A stretch of DNA of 64,000 bases from Armatimonadota bacterium. GTDB lineage: Bacteria > Armatimonadota > SYMT01. Position 1 is the stretch's first letter; each line of letters begins with the position of its first letter. The position numbers and the translations under genes were made by a program. A model generated the notes under the pieces. The model did no database searches. It was not told where the DNA came from and saw nothing but the letters and a program-made list of their open reading frames with translations. The DNA lies in NCBI GenBank assembly GCA_041690135.1, contig JAWLHY010000017.1, positions 96,001 to 160,000 of the forward strand. The letters run 5' to 3'. Shown piece after piece: positions 10,557 through 23,162 of this stretch.

Positions 10557-11168
10557 ATGCCCGAGTTCACGTTGCCGCCGTTGCCCTACGCATACGACGC
10601 ACTCCAGCCGCATATCAGCCGCGAAACGATGGAGCTCCACCACGACAAGCACCATCAGGCTTATGTCACCAACCTCAACGCCGCCCTGAAGGACCTTTCC
10701 CAGTTCGACGGCAAGTCGATCGAGGAGATTCTTGGCGACATCAACGCGGTTCCGGAAAACGTGCGGCAGGCCGTCATCAACAACGGCGGCGGTCACGCCA
10801 ACCACACCCTTTTCTGGGAGATCATGGGGCCGGGTGGCGGCGGGGCCCCCGCCGGTGCCCTGGGCGATGCAATCAATGCCGCCTTCGGCGGTTTCGAGCA
10901 ATTCCAGGCGGCCATCAACGACGCAGGCGCCAAGCGGTTCGGCAGCGGCTGGGCCTGGCTGGTGGTCGACGGTGGACAGCTCAAGGTGTTGAGCACCGCT
11001 AACCAGGATAGCCCCTTGATGAACGGGCAGACCCCCATCCTCGGTGTGGATGTCTGGGAGCACGCCTATTACGTTGACTATCGCAACCGCCGTCCCGATT
11101 ATCTGAAGGCGTGGTGGAATACGGTCAACTGGAACAGTGTCTCCGCCCGGTTTGACGCCGCAAAGTAA
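10557..11168 (+). CDS. sodA: Superoxide dismutase, probably Mn-type
   Basis: [45 protein letters not shown]; RBS aaggag. Confidence 0.95.
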   Translation: MPEFTLPPLPYAYDALQPHISRETMELHHDKHHQAYVTNLNAALKDLSQFDGKSIEEILGDINAVPENVRQAVINNGGGHANHTLFWEIMGPGGGGAPAGALGDAINAAFGGFEQFQAAINDAGAKRFGSGWAWLVVDGGQLKVLSTANQDSPLMNGQTPILGVDVWEHAYYVDYRNRRPDYLKAWWNTVNWNSVSARFDAAK

Positions 11169-11193
11169 CGGACACCAATTCAGAAATGCCTTG

Positions 11194-11226
11194 GGAAACG
11201 CCGGGTCGTGCGGACGCGGCGTTTCC
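11194..11226 (+). terminator. Hairpin after sodA
   Basis: 10-bp stem ggaaacgccg / cggcgtttcc; no U-tract. Confidence 0.4.
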
Positions 11227-11335
11227 GGCCTCAGGGCGGGAGGCCGGTGCGGCATGGGTTTGTGCGTAAGCTCTCTTCGGGAAAAACCGGGCAGGCCAAT
11301 TCAGGCCAAGTGTATGGAAAGCACCGGAGGGAGAA

Positions 11336-11764
11336 ATGCGAACAACGGGAATAATCGCGCTGGCCGGCGCCGCGATCGGATTCTTCTGGGGCACGGATCG
11401 AGGTCGGTCCATGCTGCGGCGAGCCACTCACGCTGCACACGAAGGGTACACCCGGATCCGGGAGCGGATGGGTACGCACGAAGACCCGGCCATGCGAGCT
11501 ACGAGCACGAATGACTCCGGCGGAGTGGCGGAGACCGGCCTGCTTCCCTTCGACACCACCCACGTTGGGGGAGGAGAGGGAACGTCTCGCATGACCGAAG
11601 AATCGGCTGCGGGCGGATTCGGTAACGCGGGTTCCGCGGGTGACTTTCGCGGGACCGAAGAGGCGGACGTCACGATGCTCGTAGAAGAGGCATTGAGTGA
11701 CCCCCACCCGGACACTGAAATCGCACATGCCTTTGAGGAAGCCGCCACCCACTCGGGCCGCTAA
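11336..11764 (+). CDS. Hypothetical protein (N-terminal hydrophobic segment, YtxH-like organisation, acidic tail)
   Basis: Strong RBS ggagggag before ATG; GIIALAGAAIGFFW then GR..LRR. Confidence 0.65.
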   Translation: MRTTGIIALAGAAIGFFWGTDRGRSMLRRATHAAHEGYTRIRERMGTHEDPAMRATSTNDSGGVAETGLLPFDTTHVGGGEGTSRMTEESAAGGFGNAGSAGDFRGTEEADVTMLVEEALSDPHPDTEIAHAFEEAATHSGR

Positions 11765-12600
11765 GCTTCATAAGGAGTGGGCGCGGGTATCGCGAGCTGT
11801 GGGTTTGGAAGGGCAGATTCCCGCCGCTAATCCGAACCTGCGGCTCGCGTGCCTGCCCTCGGCGCTCCCGGGCGACCTGTAATCCCATGCCGCCGGTTCA
11901 AGACAGCGAATCCGGCGGATCGCCTGCGACGCGTGACACCAACCCCTTCCCCTCCGATGCCACATTCCGAATCCCGACCCCGGTCCGCGCGTGTATGCGG
12001 GACCGCGATACCCGCAGTGAGGTCCCGCTCGGGGTCGGCGGTGTGTACCACCAACCCTCGCGCATCGATCCGTGGTAGTCACCCCGAAACGAGCAGCCGA
12101 CCTGTTGACCCTTCAGCAACATTTTGCTCCAGGGCAGCGTCAAACCACCAGCGGGTTCGGCGGGAATTGGGACAGCACTGCCGGCGCGGCCCACGCGATG
12201 GAGTTTGCACACGGTGGCCCCCGCCGGAAAGTAACAGATACCAGCGCCGCGAGTGAGGATGAGGCAACGGGCGGTGGCCCTACCAACCTCCCCCGATAGG
12301 GCGCTCGTTTGCTCCGCGCACCGGCATCCCCCGTTCCCACGTCAACGTGACTTCCTGCCGACCTCCGATCCGGTCCAATCCGACCCACCTATCCCGCCGG
12401 CCTTTGATGGGGTCTCGCTACTTCCGGGAGGGTGAGAGTTGTTGCTAAACAGATCGTCCGGGAGGCAGGAAAGGCGCAGAGTTTTACCTAAATGCATTAG
12501 GAAACAACCGGTGAACCCGGAATCGCCTCCCAGCGGAGGGAGATGACGACCGAGGGCCGTGCCTGGAGATCCCTCTGCCCGGCTGAGGAAGGTTGACTCG

Positions 12601-15600
12601 ATGGAATTTACCCCTTTATTTCGGAAGTCTCGGGGGGCGGTGCGCGCCGGAGTGCTGTTCGCGCTGCTGTCCGGGCTTACCAGCTTACTCGCCTTTAGTC
12701 CCGCCCCGCAGGCACAGGTAGCACGCCAGGTCAATTACCAGCGCCTGAACGAGGAACCCGTCGCTCCCAGCACGGTCAATGTGCGAAACCTCATCCGCCG
12801 GTTCGGTGCTACCGTCGGTGGCCGGAATGCAGGTGACGCTCGCGGGTTGGCGACCTCTTCGTCCTTGCAGGCAGCGGCTACGGGCGCCGTAACCCTTTCC
12901 TTCGACACAGCCCAGGACGCCGGGGCGTTCGAGCCGCCGGACAATGGTCTTGCCGTCGGCCCCAACCATATCGTGTCCGCCTACAACATCGCGTGGGGCG
13001 TTTGGGACAAGCGCACCGGTCGCCGATTGTTTCTGACGCCGTTTGCTACCTGGTACCAGGGCCTGGATGATACGGGTAACATCACCCATCCGCGGGTGGA
13101 ATACGATGCCCGCACCCAGCGGTGGTACCTGATGACTGTCGGGCGGAGCACGGCCAACCCGAAGGCGACCCTGCAGATTTCGGTCTCCGCCACCAGCGAC
13201 CCCCTGGGCGCCTGGTATCGCTACGTTTTCGATGTAACGGAGTCCGATCCGGCGAAGTGGCTGGATGATCCGACTTTCGGTTACAACGATCTCGCGTTTT
13301 TCGTAGCGGGCAGTGCCTACACGTTCGGGGCTACTCCCGCTTTCCAACACGTGACGCTGCGGACGTTCAGCAAGGCGTTGATGCTTGCGGGCGCGACGGT
13401 ACAACCCATTACCCTCACGAACCTGGGAAGTGGCCTAACGCCGGCGATCCAGCCTACCAGCGTACAACCCGTAATCAGTCGCGACAGCACCAACGTGCAG
13501 TGGATGGTGGATGCGAGCAGTGGCAACAGCCTGGGGCTGTGGAGGGTGACCAACCCGCTTTCCAACACGCCCCTCGTGACTTACACCAGCATATCCGTGC
13601 CGGGTTACGCGGCTCCGCCGGCGATGACGCAACAGGACCCGGCCGCGGCGGCGCTCCACGGTGGCGACACACGCATTGCGAATGCCATCCTATTGGATGG
13701 GCGCATCTGGTGTACCCACGGCTCCGGCATCGACGTTGCCGGTACCAACCGTGCGGAAGTGAGAGTTTACGAACTCGCAGCGACGGGCGCCGGGGCGTTG
13801 GTTCAAAGCTACGCGATTTCAGATCAGAATTTGAACCTCCACTTCCCAAGCCTAGACATCGATGGTTTTGGCGCTGTGCTGGTTGGGTTCAACACCTCCG
13901 GCGCGAACCAGTTTGTCGGGGTCTCATTCGCAGTCAAGGCGGAAGACGAGACGCAGTTCGGCGCTCCCCAGGTGCTGAAGGCCGGATCCTTCGACTACAC
14001 CCCTAGAAATGCGGCAAACGCCGGGCTCACGTGGGGCGAGTACAGCGACACGCAGTACGATCCCGCCAATCCGGGCCTGGTCTGGCACCAGGGTGAGTTG
14101 GCGGCTTCCACTACGACCTGGAAGCTCACGGTGGGAGCGATAGCCTCCACCCCCAAGAAACTTACCGTCACTTCGCCGAACGGAGGCGAAGTCGTCCTCA
14201 ACGGCGGGTCCCACACCATTACCTGGCGGAGTGCGGGCTTTGTCACGCCGGGAAATGTGCGCCTGGAACTCTCCCGGGATGGCGGTGAGACTTTCCCCGA
14301 GTTGATCAGCGCCGACACGCCGGATGACGGCTCGTTCGACTGGATCGCTACCGGGCCTGTCAGCACTCTGTGTCGCGTAAGAATCACTTCCCTGGTGGAT
14401 GTCACCGTAACCGATGATAGCGACGCGGACTTCAGTATCGTCGACGGTGTCCTACAGGTGGATACCCCCAATGGGGGAGAAGTGGCGATCACCGGTACTG
14501 TTTTACCGATAACCTGGACCGCTTCGGGTTTTGCCAACAGCCTGAACAATCCGACCGTAAGGATCGAATTGTCTCGGGATGCGGGCACCACCTGGACGGT
14601 CCTTTTCGCTTCCACGGCCAACGACGGTTCCGAGGACTGGACGGTGACCTCGCCCCTAACGGAAGAGGCCATCGTGCGCGTAACGGCCAACGCCTTCCCG
14701 GTGTTCACGGACGAAAGCGATGATGTCTTCGAAATCCGGGAGCCTTCCACGCTCACCGTCACTTATCCTAATGGCGGGGAGCAACTGGTGGATGGTCGGG
14801 AAATCGCCATTCAGTGGGAAACTACCGGCCTGGTTACCGACGTTCGCGTGGAGTTGAGCCGCAACGGTGGTATCACCTGGGAGACCCTATTCCCGAGCAC
14901 GCCCAATGAAACCAATGAACCCAACCGGGGTGAAGTGTTCTGGACCGTACGCGGTCCGTTCACTCGCCTGGCCCGTATACGGGTCACCGACCTCCACGAC
15001 CCAACCGCCAGCGACACTAGCAATGGCGTTTTCGACATCCAGGTGCCGAGCCTGCGGGTAACGTCACCGACGGAGGGTCAGCGGGCCCTGGTGGATGAGG
15101 AAACGACGATCACCTGGACGAGCAACGGCCTGGATGAGAATTCGGACGTTGTCGTGGAACTGTCGCGTGATGGCGGGGATACCTGGGAAGAGATCGCTTA
15201 CACCACTAATACCGGCTTCATTGACTGGCAGGTAGAGGGCGAGGAGACGACCAATGCCGTCATCCGCGTCACCTCGGAGGAAATCGCCGGCGTATTCGCG
15301 CTCTCTCGCCCCTTCAGCATCCTGGAGCCGACCATGTCACTCACGTCCCCGAATGGTCGGGATGGGTGGAGAGTCGGTCGCCAGGAGATCATCACGTGGA
15401 GCGGCACTACCCTGGGCCAGGGCCGGGTGGATATCCAGTTGAACCGCAACTACCCTCGGGGCGCCTGGGAAACCATCATCCGCAACTCGCCCAACGACGG
15501 TGGGCAAGCGTGGGGCGTCCGTGGGAAGCAATCCAAGCGCGCTCGCGTGCGAATTATCTGGAGTTCCGACACGGGTGGAGAGGTGGAAGACGAAAGCGAC

Positions 15601-15645
15601 GCCAACTTCCGCATCCTGAAGGCCTTGCGCGGCAAGCGCCGGTAA
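12601..15645 (+). CDS. Large secreted protein: uncharacterised N-terminal domain plus 5 Ig-like (SPNGGE/Kre9-like) repeats with Asp-box-like motifs
   Basis: Signal peptide ending AQA; PPDNGLAVGPNHIV and WGEYS..YDP motifs; five TSPNGGE...ITW...IELSRDGG.TW...NDG...W.V...D.SD..F repeats; basic C-terminus. Confidence 0.85.
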   Translation: MEFTPLFRKSRGAVRAGVLFALLSGLTSLLAFSPAPQAQVARQVNYQRLNEEPVAPSTVNVRNLIRRFGATVGGRNAGDARGLATSSSLQAAATGAVTLSFDTAQDAGAFEPPDNGLAVGPNHIVSAYNIAWGVWDKRTGRRLFLTPFATWYQGLDDTGNITHPRVEYDARTQRWYLMTVGRSTANPKATLQISVSATSDPLGAWYRYVFDVTESDPAKWLDDPTFGYNDLAFFVAGSAYTFGATPAFQHVTLRTFSKALMLAGATVQPITLTNLGSGLTPAIQPTSVQPVISRDSTNVQWMVDASSGNSLGLWRVTNPLSNTPLVTYTSISVPGYAAPPAMTQQDPAAAALHGGDTRIANAILLDGRIWCTHGSGIDVAGTNRAEVRVYELAATGAGALVQSYAISDQNLNLHFPSLDIDGFGAVLVGFNTSGANQFVGVSFAVKAEDETQFGAPQVLKAGSFDYTPRNAANAGLTWGEYSDTQYDPANPGLVWHQGELAASTTTWKLTVGAIASTPKKLTVTSPNGGEVVLNGGSHTITWRSAGFVTPGNVRLELSRDGGETFPELISADTPDDGSFDWIATGPVSTLCRVRITSLVDVTVTDDSDADFSIVDGVLQVDTPNGGEVAITGTVLPITWTASGFANSLNNPTVRIELSRDAGTTWTVLFASTANDGSEDWTVTSPLTEEAIVRVTANAFPVFTDESDDVFEIREPSTLTVTYPNGGEQLVDGREIAIQWETTGLVTDVRVELSRNGGITWETLFPSTPNETNEPNRGEVFWTVRGPFTRLARIRVTDLHDPTASDTSNGVFDIQVPSLRVTSPTEGQRALVDEETTITWTSNGLDENSDVVVELSRDGGDTWEEIAYTTNTGFIDWQVEGEETTNAVIRVTSEEIAGVFALSRPFSILEPTMSLTSPNGRDGWRVGRQEIITWSGTTLGQGRVDIQLNRNYPRGAWETIIRNSPNDGGQAWGVRGKQSKRARVRIIWSSDTGGEVEDESDANFRILKALRGKRR

Positions 15646-15763
15646 GCGAGAACTCAGGGGCGACCAGCACGGTCGTCCCCTTTATCCCCTTTCTTTAACC
15701 TACGGCCGCACTCCTTAGGCAGCCTTCCAATTGCACGCTGCGGCTGCGTCGATGAGGACTTAT

Positions 15764-18700
15764 ATGCGTCATCCTTGGTCATTACTGCGCTATGTTTTGC
15801 TGGCGCTGATCGCCGCCAGCGGGCTGTTTGCCTCTTCCTCGCCGGCGGAAGCGACCCATTTCCGCTCCGCGCATCTGAGCTGGCGTGCCACCGGCCCGGA
15901 ATCCGTGCAGTTCACCCTGACCGTAGGGCTTCGACGCTCTGCTGATCCGGACGGCAGCACCAGGTTCTATCCGGGGACGGGCCCCGGTGGGTTGCTGGCC
16001 GTAGGCGACACTTTTCAAGACACTTTTGGTCGCATTCACCTGGAGCCTCAACCGGGAGTAACCATCGGGAGACCTTTCGGCTTTTCCGGGGGATTTCGCT
16101 TCATTTGCGTGGCCGCGGACGTGGATGGCGATTACGTAGTCGCGCGTGCCCTGGATCCCGTAACGGGCAAGGACAAGATCGACTACACCTACAGCGCACC
16201 CAATAACTTTGGGCAGCCATGGGTGGCACGCGTCATCGGATTTGAGTCGCGGGACACGACGTACAACAACAACGCGTTGACCCAGTACCAGGTGGCGACG
16301 GAAGTTGATCTGACCATCAACAACACCTCTGCCGTGGCCTCTCTGCCTCCGGTCCTGCCCGTACCGAATACCGGCACCAGCTTCCTCCTTCCCGCCGCCG
16401 ATCCGGAGCAGCATCGGCTGGAGTATCGACTGGCCGACAATCGGGAGCCGATGTTCACCCAGTTTGGGGCCACATACGTTCAGCCCCCGGGTCTCACGAT
16501 CGACTCGAATACTGGTATCGTCAACATCCCACCGGGTCTAACGAACGGCCTCTGGAACGCGCACTTCATCATTGAGGAGTATGATGTCGCCGGCGCCAAG
16601 GTCGGGCAGTCCGCACTGGAGTTCACTTTCGAGGTGGCAGCGCCTCTGCCGGGGAACTCGCCGCGGTTCTTCTCCGCCCCGACTCCCGCCGACGGGGTAA
16701 TCATCAATGTTCGGCCGGGGCAACGCCTCAACTTCACGGTTTTCACGTCCGACACGGATCCCATCGTCAATCAAGGCGATGGAGTCGTTTTGAATAGCAC
16801 CGGATTGCCACTCGGTGCGCGACACCTGCCCGCGCTCCCCACCAACCGAGCGGGAGCTGGACAGTTCGTCTTCAGCCAGTTTAGTTGGACACCGACCCAG
16901 GAGGATCTCGGCGCCCACTCCATCACCTACACAGCGCGCGACGAAGACGATCACCTGACCTTCACCTCGGTGATCATCCGTGTCGTGATGCCGCACGTCA
17001 TTTTGGAACCCAACGGCGCGGAAGCTTACTTTGCTGATGAAGAGGTGAAGATCCAGTGGCGGAGAGTGGGTTTCCCCCGCGCCCAGGGCGTTCGTATCGA
17101 TCTCTCCCGGGACGGAGGGGCCACCTTCCCAGAGGTGATCGTCGCGAACACGCCGGACACGGGAGAGTTCGTCTGGACAACCAGCCTTCCGTTCAGCAAA
17201 AACTGTAGGATCCGTATTCAGAGCGTGGTCGACGCCTCCGACTTCGTGGTGAGCGAAGGCGATTTTGTGATTATCGACGGACGCGATTCCAAGGTCTGCA
17301 CGGGCACCGACCCCCTCGATATCCCCGACAACACGACGACTTGGACGGAGAGTCCCCTCCCGTTCAATCAGGACTTTATCATCCGGGGTCTCCGAATTGA
17401 TGTAGATATCACTCACCCATTCACGGGCGACCTTCACATCGAGCTGGTTCATCCCGATGGCACTACGGTGATTCTTCATCGTCAGACAGGCGAGGGGCAG
17501 GATGACCTCGTCGGTACCTTCGGAGTGGGAGCAGCCTTCATCACAACCGCAGAGCCCCTCTCGAAGTTGTATGGAAAGCACAGCCAGGGCACCTGGAAGC
17601 TCCGCATCCGCGATCTGATCTCTGGTGATGTCGGCAGGCTCAACCGGTGGTGCTTGCAGGTCATTGGCTTAACGCCAGGTACTTTCACTATTACGAGCCC
17701 GAATGGCGGTGAGCTACTGGCCGTAGGTGTTCCCTACGATGTGCGATGGTCCTCCACCAATCCCGTTGGTACGGCCCGGATCCAACTGTCTCGCGACGGT
17801 GGGGCCACCTACACGGACATCGGTGTCGCTCCGTCGGCCGCTAATTCCTTCACCTTCACGCCCAGTGGCCCCGCGACCACGCAGGCCCGAGTGCGCGTTT
17901 TCCAGGCCGACGAGCCTGTAATCGTGGATGAGAGCGACGCTGACTTCGGCATCGCCCTCCCGTTCCTTCAGGTCGACAACCCGCAGGGCGGCGATCGTGT
18001 CTCGGTCGGCAAACCAACCCGCATCCGGTGGACCGGTACTCCACAGTCCAACTCCGTCCGCATCGAGTTCAGTAAGGACAGCGGCCTCACCTGGATGTCT
18101 CTCGCCAATTCGGCACCCGACACCGGCGAGTACGAGTGGACGCCCGAGCCTCAACATGACACGACCCGAGGACGTATCCGGATTTCCGCCAACAGCGGAC
18201 CGGCTCGCGTGGGGCGGACCGACTCGGACTTCATCGTGCAGACTCCTGCGGTCGCTGTCGGTAGTCCGAACGGCGGCGAGACCTGGTATACGCGGACCAG
18301 GCAGGCGATCACCTGGCAGACCGTCGGTGTGGACGGCTTTATCCGGATCGAGGTCAGCCGCGACGGGGGCGCCAATTGGGAGACGATCATCCCCAGTACG
18401 GCGAATGATGGAGTTGAGAGCTGGACCGTGACCGGCCCCGGCACCAGCAATGCCCGTGTGCGGGTTACCTCGGTGGAGGAACCTTCGCTATTCGACGTTA
18501 GTGATGCGGTGTTCACCATCCGTCCGATGGCGATCCAGGTCACCTCACCGAACGGCGGAGAGGCATGGGGTGTGGGTACTTCGCAGACTGTCACCTGGAC
18601 CCATGACGGCGTGATTGGGAATGTCGACATTCTCGTCAGTACCAACGGTGGAGCCACCTTCTCGACCGTGGCAACCGATGTCGCAAACACCGGTACCTTC

Positions 18701-19960
18701 AGCTGGACTGTCGCTGGGCCAACGAGTAGCCAGGCTATCATCAAGGTCAAAGCGCACGACTATCCGGTGGACGATACCAGCGATGCGGTCTTCTTCCTCA
18801 TCGGTCCGGGGCTCACGGTGGTCACCCCCAACGGCGGCGAAGTGTTCCGGGTCGGCAGGGATGTCACTCTGCGCTGGGCCTCTCAAGGCGTGGGAGATTC
18901 GGTGAATATCGAACTCAGCCGGAATGGAGGCGCAACCTGGGAATCGCTCTTCACCGCCACGGCTAACGACGGCGAAGAGGTGTGGCGGGTCACGGGCCCC
19001 GACACTGGCAACGCTCGGCTCCGCATCAGCGCCGCTTCCAACTCCAGTGTGTTCGACAGCAGTGACGCGTCTTTCCAGATCGTCACGCCGCAGATCTTCG
19101 TGGGCACTCCCAATGGCGGGGAAACCTGGACGGTGGACTCCATCCAGTCCATTGAGTGGAATGCTCCCGGTGTAACGGGCTTCGTAAAGGTGGAGTTGAC
19201 CCGTAACGGCGGCCAAACCTGGGAACCGATCATTGCCAGCACGGAGAACGATGGCGCCGCGGATTGGGCGGTAACCGGACCGGGGGCCACCAACTGCCGC
19301 ATCCGGATTACATCGCTTGCCGATACCAGCGTGACGGACGAGAGTGACGGGCCGTTTGCCCTGGTAGAGCCCGCCCTGCGCCTCTCCAGCCCCCATGGGG
19401 GCCAGCACTGGCTGGTCGGGCAAACCCAGAACATCACCTGGACCAGCACGGGCATTGGAACGGACGAACTCATTGCCATTGACCTGTCACGCGACGGGGG
19501 GAGTTCCTGGACGGAACTGTTCACCACCGAGAACGACGGATCTCAACCGTGGGTTGTGACCGGTTCCGCCACTATGAGCGCGCGGGTCCGTGTGCGACTC
19601 GTGGACAGTAGCTCCGTGTCGGACAGTAGCCGGAACAACTTCCAGATCAGTGCCGCGGAACTGCATTTCACCAATCCGGTGAAGCGGGTGAAGTGGTCCG
19701 CGGGAACTCGGCAGACGATCACTTGGGCTGGAAGCGCTCTCGCAGCCGGAGGGCGGGTGGATATCCTCCTGTCCCGCAATAACGGTCGAACGTGGCAGGT
19801 GATTATCCCGGATACTGCCAATGACGGAGCTGCCACCTGGAACGTGACCACTCCCGCCAGCGCTAAAGCGCGCCTACGGATCGTCTGGAAGACGGACGAG
19901 GGCGTGCAGGCTACGTCTACGCCCTTCAACATCGTGAAGGGTAAGAAGCGACGCCGCTAG
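15764..19960 (+). CDS. Large secreted protein: ATHFR-type N-terminal domain, Ig/cadherin-like domains, proprotein convertase P-domain and 9 SPNGGE-type Ig-like repeats
   Basis: Signal peptide ending AEA; P-domain (VDITHPFTGDLHIELVHPDG...GTWKLRIRD...GRLNRWCL); nine repeats; ends KGKKRRR. Confidence 0.85.
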   Translation: MRHPWSLLRYVLLALIAASGLFASSSPAEATHFRSAHLSWRATGPESVQFTLTVGLRRSADPDGSTRFYPGTGPGGLLAVGDTFQDTFGRIHLEPQPGVTIGRPFGFSGGFRFICVAADVDGDYVVARALDPVTGKDKIDYTYSAPNNFGQPWVARVIGFESRDTTYNNNALTQYQVATEVDLTINNTSAVASLPPVLPVPNTGTSFLLPAADPEQHRLEYRLADNREPMFTQFGATYVQPPGLTIDSNTGIVNIPPGLTNGLWNAHFIIEEYDVAGAKVGQSALEFTFEVAAPLPGNSPRFFSAPTPADGVIINVRPGQRLNFTVFTSDTDPIVNQGDGVVLNSTGLPLGARHLPALPTNRAGAGQFVFSQFSWTPTQEDLGAHSITYTARDEDDHLTFTSVIIRVVMPHVILEPNGAEAYFADEEVKIQWRRVGFPRAQGVRIDLSRDGGATFPEVIVANTPDTGEFVWTTSLPFSKNCRIRIQSVVDASDFVVSEGDFVIIDGRDSKVCTGTDPLDIPDNTTTWTESPLPFNQDFIIRGLRIDVDITHPFTGDLHIELVHPDGTTVILHRQTGEGQDDLVGTFGVGAAFITTAEPLSKLYGKHSQGTWKLRIRDLISGDVGRLNRWCLQVIGLTPGTFTITSPNGGELLAVGVPYDVRWSSTNPVGTARIQLSRDGGATYTDIGVAPSAANSFTFTPSGPATTQARVRVFQADEPVIVDESDADFGIALPFLQVDNPQGGDRVSVGKPTRIRWTGTPQSNSVRIEFSKDSGLTWMSLANSAPDTGEYEWTPEPQHDTTRGRIRISANSGPARVGRTDSDFIVQTPAVAVGSPNGGETWYTRTRQAITWQTVGVDGFIRIEVSRDGGANWETIIPSTANDGVESWTVTGPGTSNARVRVTSVEEPSLFDVSDAVFTIRPMAIQVTSPNGGEAWGVGTSQTVTWTHDGVIGNVDILVSTNGGATFSTVATDVANTGTFSWTVAGPTSSQAIIKVKAHDYPVDDTSDAVFFLIGPGLTVVTPNGGEVFRVGRDVTLRWASQGVGDSVNIELSRNGGATWESLFTATANDGEEVWRVTGPDTGNARLRISAASNSSVFDSSDASFQIVTPQIFVGTPNGGETWTVDSIQSIEWNAPGVTGFVKVELTRNGGQTWEPIIASTENDGAADWAVTGPGATNCRIRITSLADTSVTDESDGPFALVEPALRLSSPHGGQHWLVGQTQNITWTSTGIGTDELIAIDLSRDGGSSWTELFTTENDGSQPWVVTGSATMSARVRVRLVDSSSVSDSSRNNFQISAAELHFTNPVKRVKWSAGTRQTITWAGSALAAGGRVDILLSRNNGRTWQVIIPDTANDGAATWNVTTPASAKARLRIVWKTDEGVQATSTPFNIVKGKKRRR

Positions 19961-19978
19961 CCCCAGGAGAGAGGCGAC

Positions 19979-20032
19979 ACACAACAGAACAGGGGTGGGA
20001 GATGACAGTCTCCCACCCCTGTTCTGTTGTGT
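19979..20032. terminator. Long perfect hairpin between convergent genes (bidirectional terminator)
   Basis: 24-bp perfect inverted repeat acacaacagaacaggggtgggaga / tctcccacccctgttctgttgtgt, 6-nt loop. Confidence 0.75.
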
Positions 20033-20059
20033 CCGGGTCCCGCTGGTCGCGAGAGGAAT

Positions 20060-22222
<2,163 letters not shown>

Positions 22223-22306
22223 TTACTCGATTGTATCTGAGCCGCCTGCTCCGGAAGGATGTGAGCGGTATCCTGGCGAAACGCCATGCCAACCGGAGGG
22301 CTGTGA

Positions 22307-23161
22307 ATGAAGCTTGGCGTAGCGGGTCTCCTGGGCGACGGGTCGCCGGAAGCAGTAAGGTGGGTGCGGGGGTTGGGTTTCTCCGTCGCCTCCTGGCATC
22401 TACGAGCGCCGGGAATGCTGGAAGATCATTCTTACCTGGACGCCGTCCGCGAAGCACTGGATGCCGCACAACTCGAGCTCTGTCAACTCCTGCCTCCCCA
22501 GTACCCCAGCCTGGTGGACCCGGACCGCAGTGTGCGACACGCGGGTGTCCGGATGCTCCGACAGGTGATCGAGGCGGCCGTGCGCCTGGGCGCCGGCAAT
22601 GTCTACATCCGCCCCGGCAGCCTTAACCCGGCCGGGCCGTGGACCCCACATCCGGAGAACCACCTTCCCGGCACCCGCGAGCGCCTGATCGAAAGTCTGC
22701 GGGATCTGGCGCCACACGCCGAAGCGGCCGGGATGCCGTTGGCCCTGGAGGGCCACGTGGTTTCTCCCCTGCACACGCCCACGGTCATACGCGATGTGCT
22801 GGATGCCGTCGGTTCTCCGCTCCTCATGTTTAACGCCGATCCGGTCAATCTGGTGGACAGTCTCGACCGCGCGTTCGACCCAACTCCACGGGTCGATGAG
22901 ATCTTCGATCGGCTGGGTGACCGGATCATCTGCGGGCATGCGAAAGACGTGACTGTCGGTGACCGATTGGTGTTGCACCTGGAAGAGTGTGTACCGGGGC
23001 AGGGCTATCTGGACCAGGCACATTTCCTGCGCCGCTTTGCGGCGGCATGCCCAGAAGGCGCGGTGCTGATCGAGCACTTGCCTGCGGAACAAGTGCCGGA
23101 AGCTCGTAGGGCGTTGCTGGAGTTCGCCGCCCGCGCGGGTCTGGAGTTTGAGGAGGGATAA
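22307..23161 (+). CDS. Sugar phosphate isomerase/epimerase (xylose isomerase-like TIM barrel)
   Basis: LALEGH, FNADPVN, GHAKD, PGQG.LD, LIEH motifs. Confidence 0.8.
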   Translation: MKLGVAGLLGDGSPEAVRWVRGLGFSVASWHLRAPGMLEDHSYLDAVREALDAAQLELCQLLPPQYPSLVDPDRSVRHAGVRMLRQVIEAAVRLGAGNVYIRPGSLNPAGPWTPHPENHLPGTRERLIESLRDLAPHAEAAGMPLALEGHVVSPLHTPTVIRDVLDAVGSPLLMFNADPVNLVDSLDRAFDPTPRVDEIFDRLGDRIICGHAKDVTVGDRLVLHLEECVPGQGYLDQAHFLRRFAAACPEGAVLIEHLPAEQVPEARRALLEFAARAGLEFEEG

Positions 23162-23162
23162 G

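Noticed and set aside
11875-12100. cctgtaatccca and gaaacgagcagcc resembling SRP RNA Alu and helix-8 motifs
   Set aside because: No CAGG-GNRA-AGCA helix 8 pairing; tmRNA and RNase P signatures also absent
12500-12600. GGAAACAA..TGAA start resembling a c-di-GMP-II riboswitch
   Set aside because: Downstream GCAC...GTGC core and pseudoknot elements not found
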